Shown in pieces: positions 18,541 to 26,310 of a stretch of DNA of 64,000 nucleotides. The DNA is taken from the sequence record OR608733.1, one strand, 5' to 3'. Each line of letters begins with the position of its first letter. The stretch's first letter is position 1. A program made the translations under genes and the position numbers. The notes under the pieces are model-generated. The model did not search any database, was not told where the DNA came from, and saw only the letters and a program-made list of their open reading frames with translations.

Positions 18541-19916
18541 CGTTATGTTCGGTATCAGTCGTTAATTGATACCCGCACCATTACGTGCAGCTCTAGCTCT
18601 CGCTAGAAGACCAGACTATATCTTCACCCTTCCTCTCGGAGTGGGGTGTCTCCCATTTCGGATCACTTGATCCTACATCCTATTTCTAGGACCGGCGCAC
18701 CTGGTGCCGTAATAGTCGTTGAACGTTCCACATATTACAATTAAGTAATTTAGCGGCTTCGCTGCTGATTGTCTCTACCTAATCATTTTCAAACATTCGC
18801 ACTTACTGTTTCCAGTTATGCTGTAGTTGATTAGTCTAATGAGAGTTTCCAGCAATTAGAGAGAACTCAACCCAATGATTACTCATTGGGGGAACTAGAC
18901 TTGATTAACTTAATAAGGTATTTATCAAGCACCCCATTCTTTTCAAAGATTGCTCTTCGAATAGTATTCGGATGCTTAATACCGACATCTCTTGCAAAGT
19001 GTGGAATACTTGGATACACTTTGGTAGTGTTCAAGATGGTGTCAGTTACTTCAATTGGAGTGCCTTTTCCATTACTAGGTTTTCCAAATGAGGCTTCAAT
19101 TTCTTTCTGAGTATATTTAGGGAAATCTTCAGGATTAGCAGTATATGAGAATACCAGACCATCCATGATTTCCTTACTACCTCTAACTAGATGGTAATAG
19201 GCTTTATTACGTTTAGTACCTAGTGCAAGTTCCATTTCTGCTAAGTTATGAAACACATGTAATGTCTTAGTCTTATAGTCTAAAACATAAACTGTCTTGG
19301 TACTTTCACGATCAGCAATCTTAGTCTCACCGGTAATAAATTCAAATGTGAATCTATTTCTATACGGCTTAGTCTTATGGTCACGTATAATAACCCAAAC
19401 CGTATTTTTATTAACTCCTAATGCCCGAGCAAGTTCATTCATCGAGTAATAAGTAGTCTTTTCACCAGTGGTAACATCAGTTGCAATTACCCGTCTATTT
19501 TCTTTTCTTAATCCATTTTTGTAAGCATGCTCAATGTTTTCACCACGAGTCATCCATTCCAAATTGGATGGTAAGTTATTATGTTTGTTGCCGTCTTTAT
19601 GATTGACTTCATATGTTGGTCCAGGAGATGGACCATGGAATGCAGTACAAATTAGAATATGCGCTCCCTTACTTTTTGATGTCTTTTCATCATTTTTTGC
19701 ACCGATATTGAGATATGTCCCAATTGATGTTTTAGTAAGGAAGAAATTACATATTCTATTTAACCGCTTATGACGAATCGTTCCTAAGTTACTAGCCTCA
19801 TAAGCTGAGTATCCAGGAATATCTCGCCATTCAATTTTAAATGAAGCCGGATCAAAGACGGACACTACTCCGTTTTGTTCCATTGTCTTTTACCTTATTT
19901 GGTTATTCAATTGTCC
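18541..19916 (-). mobile_element. Group I intron (1376 nt) carrying an HNH homing endonuclease
   Basis: P AAUUGCUGGAAAC, Q AAUCAGCAG, R GUUCAACGACUA and S AAGAUAUAGUC at 18600-18860; U at the 5' splice site (19917) and terminal G (18541); inserted between N and A of NADFDGD. Confidence 0.95.
18879..19883 (-). CDS. NUMOD4-HNH-NUMOD1 homing endonuclease (gp56-like)
   Basis: NUMOD4 (EWRDIPGYSAYEASNLGTIR), HNH (HILICTAFHG..VNHKDGNKHNNLPSNLEW) and three NUMOD1-like repeats (e.g. YYSMNELARALGV, VYPSIPHFARDVGI). Confidence 0.93.
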   Translation of the reverse strand: MEQNGVVSVFDPASFKIEWRDIPGYSAYEASNLGTIRHKRLNRICNFFLTKTSIGTYLNIGAKNDEKTSKSKGAHILICTAFHGPSPGPTYEVNHKDGNKHNNLPSNLEWMTRGENIEHAYKNGLRKENRRVIATDVTTGEKTTYYSMNELARALGVNKNTVWVIIRDHKTKPYRNRFTFEFITGETKIADRESTKTVYVLDYKTKTLHVFHNLAEMELALGTKRNKAYYHLVRGSKEIMDGLVFSYTANPEDFPKYTQKEIEASFGKPSNGKGTPIEVTDTILNTTKVYPSIPHFARDVGIKHPNTIRRAIFEKNGVLDKYLIKLIKSSSPNE

Positions 19917-21161
19917 ATTAGGCGCTTTAAGGCATAAAACTGACATGCTGATAGAATTATCATTAATGTCATCTTTTACTTTAGTAATAAAGAACTGCTG
20001 CGTAGATCCACGTTGAAGCGTTGGATTTCGGTGAAAAGTACAACCCATCCCTTTATAAGGGGCTGCTTCTGCAATTAGCTCTTTAAATAGATCTGCAATG
20101 ATTTGGTTATATTGAAGTACATTCTCATATACAAATGAGAATGCTTCACGAGTTGTCATGTTAAACTTTGCTTTTAGCTTGTTAGTTAGATGATACTTTA
20201 ATAATTGACAACCTACTCCCCACGGAATATGTAATTCATCATAATCATGCGGGTCACTAATAGAAGTGATTACTGCACGTGCCGTAGCGTTGAGACGAGC
20301 ACCAAACATGTGACGCCGAGCAAGACCAGGCTTTTGAGCAATTCGTGATTTTGCGTAGATCTCGTAGAACTGGCCATATAGTCTTAGTCCTCGCATAGTC
20401 CTATTCTGAGCTTTAATTGGACTAAGTGGTACAGATGATGCATCAATACTAGCGAAGGTTAAGGTAGCATCAATTGCTGCTTCAATTGGTTTATCTAAGT
20501 AAGTACCAGATGTGGTTGATTCTGCTACGAAACAGAGTTTAGAAGGAACTGGTAAATATTTAGGGAATAACTTATCTTTATTCTGAGCAACGAATTGAGC
20601 GAATTCGGATTTATTATTAGAGATAATATTTGCATCTAGTAGGAATTGGAAGATCTCATTGAAATTATCAATGAAGTGATTTAATCCTCTTTCAAATCCT
20701 CGATGCAGTAGCCTATCTACTTTCCTGCGTGTTTCCTTAGAACCAATAGATTCTACATCGTATCGATAAGAAGTATCAGTTAGATATGCTAAGAAATCGA
20801 ATTCTTTAGTTACTAGATATCCGGTTAGCATAATGATTAAACGTGGGTTAATTAGGCTACGTACGTGTTTTGGTGTACGAACCCACATTGATGGTTCGAT
20901 AGGGCGGCTAGAAGTATTGACAACTGGAGTATTACAAATATCACAGATTACTCCGAGTTTATGTGCGTCTTCGATTGCTCGACAATCACAGCTTACACTA
21001 CTTTCAATTGCTTCTGAATCTTGGAAATGAGAATAGAAATGTCTATCAAATTCTTCTTTCTCATCTGAGTTACTCGTATTGTAATCATTGGCATAAATTC
21101 GTTTACCCGTAAATTGATCATGAACTTCATTATGATCAACAACTTTGGCATAAAGACCCAT
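19917..21161 (-). CDS. nvRNAP beta-prime-like subunit gp55-56.1, exon 1 (spliced product 488 aa)
   Basis: Zn finger (CDC..CDIC), RRHMFGARLNATARAVIT, FHRNPTLQRGS and MSVLCLKAPN. Confidence 0.93.
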
Positions 21162-21185
21162 ACCAAACTCCTATTTATCGATTAA

Positions 21186-21229
21186 CAAAAAAAGGAGATA
21201 TAAGCGGCCCCCGAAGGAGCCGCTATATC
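21186..21229 (-). terminator. Strong intrinsic terminator of the chimallin transcript
   Basis: Minus strand GAUAUAGCGGCUCC-UUCG-GGGGCCGCUUAUAUC followed by UCC and 8 U. Confidence 0.88.
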
Positions 21230-21550
21230 AGTTTTTACAATGGACCACCAACGGAGCCTGGCCCGATCCTAGCGTCATCTACAAAGCTTAACCTCCGCTC
21301 TTCTCTGTAGCATACCGGCACTAGTATCATTTACCATCCATTGTAGTTTTTGATCACACGTTACCTTTTGAGTAACTCCTTTCGGTTAAGTGATCTATCA
21401 TCCTCGTGTAGTGATAGGTCGACCTAGACTAAGTCCACTAGTCGATTACTTCACGGAACCTACTCCTAACCGTTATCACCGAAGTGAACCAGGGTCGCAG
21501 TATTAGAATCGGGATGTTACTTATTTAACATCCCTATCTACCGAGGTATT
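21230..21550 (-). ncRNA. Putative structured ncRNA or long structured 3' UTR downstream of chimallin
   Basis: At least 8 helices, UUCG and GAAA tetraloops, G-U wobbles that work only on the minus strand, and no ORF. Confidence 0.6.
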
Positions 21551-21555
21551 TCCTA

Positions 21556-23436
21556 TTAGTACCAGGTACCCGGTGCATTATAGGAAGGAGCGCCGTAAGT
21601 TTGACCCATGCTGCCAGCCATGCCAACTTGTGCACTACCAGAAACAGCCATGTTACCCATACCGGTGTAACCAGCGAAGCGCTGTTGACCGAAGTTGGTA
21701 ATTAGGTTTTCCATGGTTACAGTTACACCAGCTGCTGCTGCTGCGGCATCCATTGCGGTGATGAATTTCGGGTTAAAGGTTAGACGACGAGCACGACCAG
21801 TATAGGTAACGTTACCTAGGTACATCTTGTCGAAGCCTTTACTGTTATTCATACGACGCACAATGTGGTCATTACCTACCTGAGTAGCATACCAGGTCTT
21901 CCACTCTTGGTCATTACCTTCAGACATGTTCATGGCACCTAGAACGTCAAGATCACGACGGTCGCTTAGTTCGCCATGCTCATCAGTGTAGTGACCGAGG
22001 TCTACTTCATGATGGTTGTCAAAGATAATCGGACCAGCTTCAGCTAGGTTATAGAACTGACGGAAATCAGTGCCGTATAGGTTAGTTAGAGCTTGGAAGA
22101 TCAGGCTAACTGCACGAGCTTGGTTTACGCCACCAGCTGCATCTAGGATGACTTGCTCAATAGCTGAGTTGTCGCCCATTGGATCGATATCGATCTGGAA
22201 TGCAGGGTTCTGGTTAACCATCTTGTTCATTAGCATTACGAAGTTGCTGTCGTCTGCCATGAATGCTTCGGTGCGAGTTTCAATCGCTTTACCTAGCTCT
22301 GAGTAATAACCAAGTGCACCAATATCACGCATCTTGCTAGTAGCGATCTTCGGCATTAGGGTACGAGCCCATGCCTGGGATGCAGTTGCACGATACGCAT
22401 TACCGAGTGTGAACAGCCACATTTCTAGAGTCCATGCTTGGATCCAGGATGCCTTACGAACGTCAGTGATAACGATGTAAGGAGTGAACTGCGGAGGTAG
22501 AGCTGCACCAGGTAGAGTTACGCCAAACATACCTTGTTGCTGGCCAGTGGTCGGAGTCCAATGTAGATCTACGAATAGACTAACTTGGTTTAGCTGGCTA
22601 TCGGTATCATAGAACTCGTTCTCAGGTACGTTGGTTTTCTTACCACGGCTAGTGGAGATGACCATGTCAGAACGGATCGGATTACCACAGCTATCTTTAA
22701 CCGGAATACCATTGTAGTCTAGGTTGCAGGTAAGCTGTTCGTTTTCTGCTTTGATGTGGGTCGCAATAGAGAACGGAGTCTCATTGTTACGACGTGCAAT
22801 AGCATCTTCACAGATATTAACGGATTCAACTAGTAGGTTCTTAACAGCTAGTTCATCTTTGAAGTCGAAGTCAGCATACACTGCACGTGGACCGGCAGAT
22901 AGTACTTCTAGACCAGGGATGTTGTAACGGTTCCGTAGGAACTCGCCGATCTTGCTCCAGTATTGAGCAGTGAATACATCACGCGGTAGTACCTTCTCTT
23001 CAATGATGTCATCAGTTAGACCATTGTTGATTTTGTGGGTACGGGGACGGATGCGAGTACCAGGTAGGTTATCGAGTACTAGAGTACGAACGAATGCCTT
23101 CATGGAACCATTGATATCTTTAGCTAGTTTAACAATGAGTAGACCAGCCATACCCACTTGTTGTGCATCGCGATCGAAACGATGGATATCGAAGTCATCA
23201 GGTAGGTCCTGATGGCGGATTGCTTCTTCTTTTACTTTAGTGAATACTTGTAGGGCATCTGCTGAACGAGCATCAGAGCCATCTAGCCGACCAGAGCGAC
23301 GCATTAGATGGTTAATGCCAGTAGTGGACCCAGGTGCGCCAGCCGGACGTTGAGCTTGACGTTGTGCAGTGGGTTGCGGAGCCGGAGCGGTAGCTTGAGT
23401 TTGAACGGTGCCGATTTCGTTTTCGTTAACAGCCAT
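21556..23436 (-). CDS. chmA: Chimallin, major phage nucleus shell protein (gp54-like)
   Basis: 626 aa with flexible A/Q/P-rich N-terminus and G/A/M-rich C-terminus; directly upstream of gp55; strong early promoter; visibly biased codon use. Confidence 0.9.
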   Translation of the reverse strand: MAVNENEIGTVQTQATAPAPQPTAQRQAQRPAGAPGSTTGINHLMRRSGRLDGSDARSADALQVFTKVKEEAIRHQDLPDDFDIHRFDRDAQQVGMAGLLIVKLAKDINGSMKAFVRTLVLDNLPGTRIRPRTHKINNGLTDDIIEEKVLPRDVFTAQYWSKIGEFLRNRYNIPGLEVLSAGPRAVYADFDFKDELAVKNLLVESVNICEDAIARRNNETPFSIATHIKAENEQLTCNLDYNGIPVKDSCGNPIRSDMVISTSRGKKTNVPENEFYDTDSQLNQVSLFVDLHWTPTTGQQQGMFGVTLPGAALPPQFTPYIVITDVRKASWIQAWTLEMWLFTLGNAYRATASQAWARTLMPKIATSKMRDIGALGYYSELGKAIETRTEAFMADDSNFVMLMNKMVNQNPAFQIDIDPMGDNSAIEQVILDAAGGVNQARAVSLIFQALTNLYGTDFRQFYNLAEAGPIIFDNHHEVDLGHYTDEHGELSDRRDLDVLGAMNMSEGNDQEWKTWYATQVGNDHIVRRMNNSKGFDKMYLGNVTYTGRARRLTFNPKFITAMDAAAAAAGVTVTMENLITNFGQQRFAGYTGMGNMAVSGSAQVGMAGSMGQTYGAPSYNAPGTWY

Positions 23437-23508
23437 TTTAAATACCTTTACGATTATGGTTTCTTGATCAAGAAGAACCTAAGTACTTAGTATACTAGAT
23501 TCAATTTA

Positions 23509-23532
23509 GTAATATAAATCTCAAATTTTTTT
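23509..23532 (-). promoter_or_regulatory. Early promoter of chimallin
   Basis: Minus strand AAAAAAATTTGAGATTTATATTAC, identical to the 11455 copy. Confidence 0.85.
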
Positions 23533-23747
23533 CATTACAACATAGACGCTATAATCTGCTATCAGCAGATCGTAACGAACACTATGTTCACTACATATTA
23601 TTACAATCTGAGTATTATTTATTTTTCATTTTACAATTTCCATATCTTCTTTTTTGAGTTTATGGGTATAAAGTTTGAATCCAGAAACTAATTTACGTCA
23701 GTCCTGTATTAAATAATAACTATCAGTATTTTTATAAAATGCAGTTA

Positions 23748-24113
23748 TCATTTACTTTGCATATATTTACGAACTGTTCCAAAAAGAGAATGATACAGTT
23801 TGTATAGTTTACTAACTGGATCAACTTTATTATTATCAGTTGTATCAAATTTAGCAATAAATGGTGAATGTGCCGAAGCAGATGTTTCATTTACTTTAAC
23901 TACACTACCAAATCGATATGCGACTAATACCTTTATTAATTCCTCATGGAGTTTAGTAGCAGTTGCTAATGGATTGGGATCATTAGGATCTATCTTAATC
24001 CTACGCTCGACATTGAAAAAGTTTACTACAATTTCTTTGCTAGTCATGTATACAGTAAGATCTTTGTTATTACCTAAATATAGTGGCGGATCTTCAACAT
24101 TATTTTTAGCCAT
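23748..24113 (-). CDS. Hypothetical protein (gp53-like)
   Basis: 121-aa ORF, AGGA SD, own promoter motif. Confidence 0.75.
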   Translation of the reverse strand: MAKNNVEDPPLYLGNNKDLTVYMTSKEIVVNFFNVERRIKIDPNDPNPLATATKLHEELIKVLVAYRFGSVVKVNETSASAHSPFIAKFDTTDNNKVDPVSKLYKLYHSLFGTVRKYMQSK

Positions 24114-24155
24114 TGTATATTCCTATTTGTAATTACTACTGTTGTTACCAAACTA

Positions 24156-24179
24156 TGATATAGATCTCAATTAATTTTT
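24156..24179 (-). promoter_or_regulatory. Early promoter motif
   Basis: Minus strand AAAAATTAATTGAGATCTATATCA. Confidence 0.7.
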
Positions 24180-24194
24180 AATCGGATAATAACC

Positions 24195-25286
24195 ATGTAT
24201 AATTTATTTAAGAATGCTCCGTCACGTAAATTGGGGCAGGTGGTTGATCCTAACATCCATTATATCCGACGAATCTACGCTGAGCAAATTAGGGACGTTA
24301 AAAGTTATTATAGACGGGCACCGAAGTATGTTGAATCTAAAAACATATTAGCACAAATGATTCGACATTTTAACGTAGAGTTACTAAGTGATGATGCTAC
24401 TTTTATAAAGAACGTGGACGATCGTTCACGTGCTATTATTCGTTCATTTGGTATTACATCATCTTTAAATAAAGGTAAGGTTCATGTAGGTGGTGTTACA
24501 CTTGGTCCTCAAACTGAAGAAGTTCTAGTATCCACATCAGAGAGCTTTGATCTAAAAGATCTAAATAAAACATGGTATAAACTTTCCCCTGTTACGTATC
24601 TGTATCATACACGTACTGATACTAATTTACCTATCATGAACAATACCACACAGGGTAGAGGCTATGGTGTAACTCTAGTAAATATACCAATGCTTCTTGT
24701 GATGTACCGTTACTGGTATCGATGGCAAGTTGAGAAGAATCCTGATGAAGTAGAAGACACTTATAGGTTTATAGGATCATTTGTATTGCCAAATATGGTT
24801 GACTCTTATTTAGATATTTCTTTCTTTAATAGGTTAGCAAGGAATGCTTTAGATATTAAAAATCCAACATTCCCTATACCGCATCCATTTTACATCACTG
24901 ATATGAATCCACGTATTGATAAACTATGTACAACTATCAATAGAGAATCCATATTAAAAGGTGTAGACATGGAAGGTTTATCATGGATAACACCAGCTAT
25001 CGTACAATCTAATTTGTTCGATATGATGCGGCTCCCACGAGAACCTATTAACAGGAATAATGAATGGGCTTATGTATTGGCTCGCACACCCTTCATTAAG
25101 TATCTTGTAGGGCAGCTTTTAAAGAATACTGGTTATGATCAATCTTCTGTTAACACTGTATTAATTGATCTTATAGAAGCATCTAATGATCAAGCATTTA
25201 AGCAACAAGCAAATAGTGAGTTTGTAAAAGCTCAACAGGCACAAGTTGATTGGATGATAGATGCACTTAAAAGAAAAGAAATGTGA
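24195..25286 (+). CDS. Conserved core protein, probably virion structural (gp52-like)
   Basis: 363-aa ORF on the plus strand like the other structural genes; ends at a terminator. Confidence 0.8.
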   Translation: MYNLFKNAPSRKLGQVVDPNIHYIRRIYAEQIRDVKSYYRRAPKYVESKNILAQMIRHFNVELLSDDATFIKNVDDRSRAIIRSFGITSSLNKGKVHVGGVTLGPQTEEVLVSTSESFDLKDLNKTWYKLSPVTYLYHTRTDTNLPIMNNTTQGRGYGVTLVNIPMLLVMYRYWYRWQVEKNPDEVEDTYRFIGSFVLPNMVDSYLDISFFNRLARNALDIKNPTFPIPHPFYITDMNPRIDKLCTTINRESILKGVDMEGLSWITPAIVQSNLFDMMRLPREPINRNNEWAYVLARTPFIKYLVGQLLKNTGYDQSSVNTVLIDLIEASNDQAFKQQANSEFVKAQQAQVDWMIDALKRKEM

Positions 25287-25287
25287 C

Positions 25288-25322
25288 ATAAACCCCCTCC
25301 TAAATTGGAGGGGGTTATATGC
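25288..25322. terminator. Bidirectional terminator
   Basis: AACCCCCTCC-TAAATT-GGAGGGGGTT at a convergent junction. Confidence 0.8.
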
Positions 25323-25329
25323 CGTTTTA

Positions 25330-26052
25330 TTAGAAATTACCTTTCTTCATTTTAGAAAGTAATTTTCTACGTTCAGCTCGGTTAATTCCTGGGATAGCTG
25401 GTAATAGCATTTTATTACTAAACTTACCTGGCTTGCGGTCATGATTTAGTAATTGATCAACTACAGCTTGGTCACTGCTTTTAACTCCATTATCCATTTC
25501 ATCTAATGGGTCCATAATAGCTTTAGCAGTCAATCTTAGATGAGTAACTAGTTCATCAAATGAACTATCGGTATTAATAAGTTGTTTATCAACACCTTCT
25601 TTAAGAGCTTGTTTAATAGTTACGTCTTTTACCAGGATATTATCACATTCCCAAAGAGTTGTATGATGGGTATTTAACATTAATTCAAGTGAGACATTAT
25701 TGTAATCGTTGTCAGCACTTGAGTGCCAATTGAATTCATCAATATAGTCATTTAGACTCATTAACTTTGGTGGTTCGTTACTAGAGGTAATTAAACCAAT
25801 TGGTTGAACATCATCTAGTGAACTTTTATCACTAGTAATTGCAGTTGTTTCAGTAGTAACATCAACTTCTTTTAATTCGTTGGTATAAGTTACATATACT
25901 AATTCTTCACTACCGTCATCCAAAAGAACATAGGCTGTTGCTTTGGTGGAATCATCAGGTGCTAATCCATGGATCCTAATACGATTATCATTTACTAATT
26001 TACTATAATCATTCCAGGTAATTACGCGGACTTCTTTATTCTCTTTCATCAT
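25330..26052 (-). CDS. Hypothetical protein
   Basis: 240-aa ORF with GAGGT SD. Confidence 0.75.
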   Translation of the reverse strand: MMKENKEVRVITWNDYSKLVNDNRIRIHGLAPDDSTKATAYVLLDDGSEELVYVTYTNELKEVDVTTETTAITSDKSSLDDVQPIGLITSSNEPPKLMSLNDYIDEFNWHSSADNDYNNVSLELMLNTHHTTLWECDNILVKDVTIKQALKEGVDKQLINTDSSFDELVTHLRLTAKAIMDPLDEMDNGVKSSDQAVVDQLLNHDRKPGKFSNKMLLPAIPGINRAERRKLLSKMKKGNF

Positions 26053-26245
26053 TAGTTACCTCTTTTAATTTGTCTTTAATATAACTTCGGATAAATGCTC
26101 GTTTTTCTTCACGAGTTAACCCAGGTGGAGCGGTTGGTAATGTGATAGTACCACTGTTAATTGCCTTCTTCATCCGATCTAAGTCAAAATTAAATTCGGT
26201 ATGATTTGTCATTATATTGAACCATATTAAGTTAGTAATTGGCAA
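26036..26245 (-). CDS. Small hypothetical protein
   Basis: FDLDRMKKAINSGTITLP..GLTREEKRAFI; follows a promoter motif; true start may be MTNHTE. Confidence 0.65.
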   Translation of the reverse strand: MPITNLIWFNIMTNHTEFNFDLDRMKKAINSGTITLPTAPPGLTREEKRAFIRSYIKDKLKEVTNDERE

Positions 26246-26250
26246 TCAGA

Positions 26251-26274
26251 CTATATAAATCTTAATTATTTTTT
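26251..26274 (-). promoter_or_regulatory. Early promoter motif (variant)
   Basis: Minus strand AAAAAATAATTAAGATTTATATAG. Confidence 0.6.
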
Positions 26275-26310
26275 AGTATATAAGCCTCCCACTAGGGGAG
26301 GCTATATTTC

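Noticed and set aside
21230-21550. Chimallin-downstream element as a group I intron, tRNA or tmRNA
   Set aside because: No P/Q/R/S core, no cloverleaf with T-loop, no tag ORF, and it is outside any interrupted gene.
22070-23490. Four ORFs overlapping chimallin
   Set aside because: Antisense or alternative-frame ORFs that arise from the biased codon use of chmA.
23533-23747. 215-nt gap upstream of the chmA promoter as a hidden gene or ncRNA
   Set aside because: Only ORFs of a few codons and two small hairpins in AT-rich sequence; looks like a promoter/terminator spacer.
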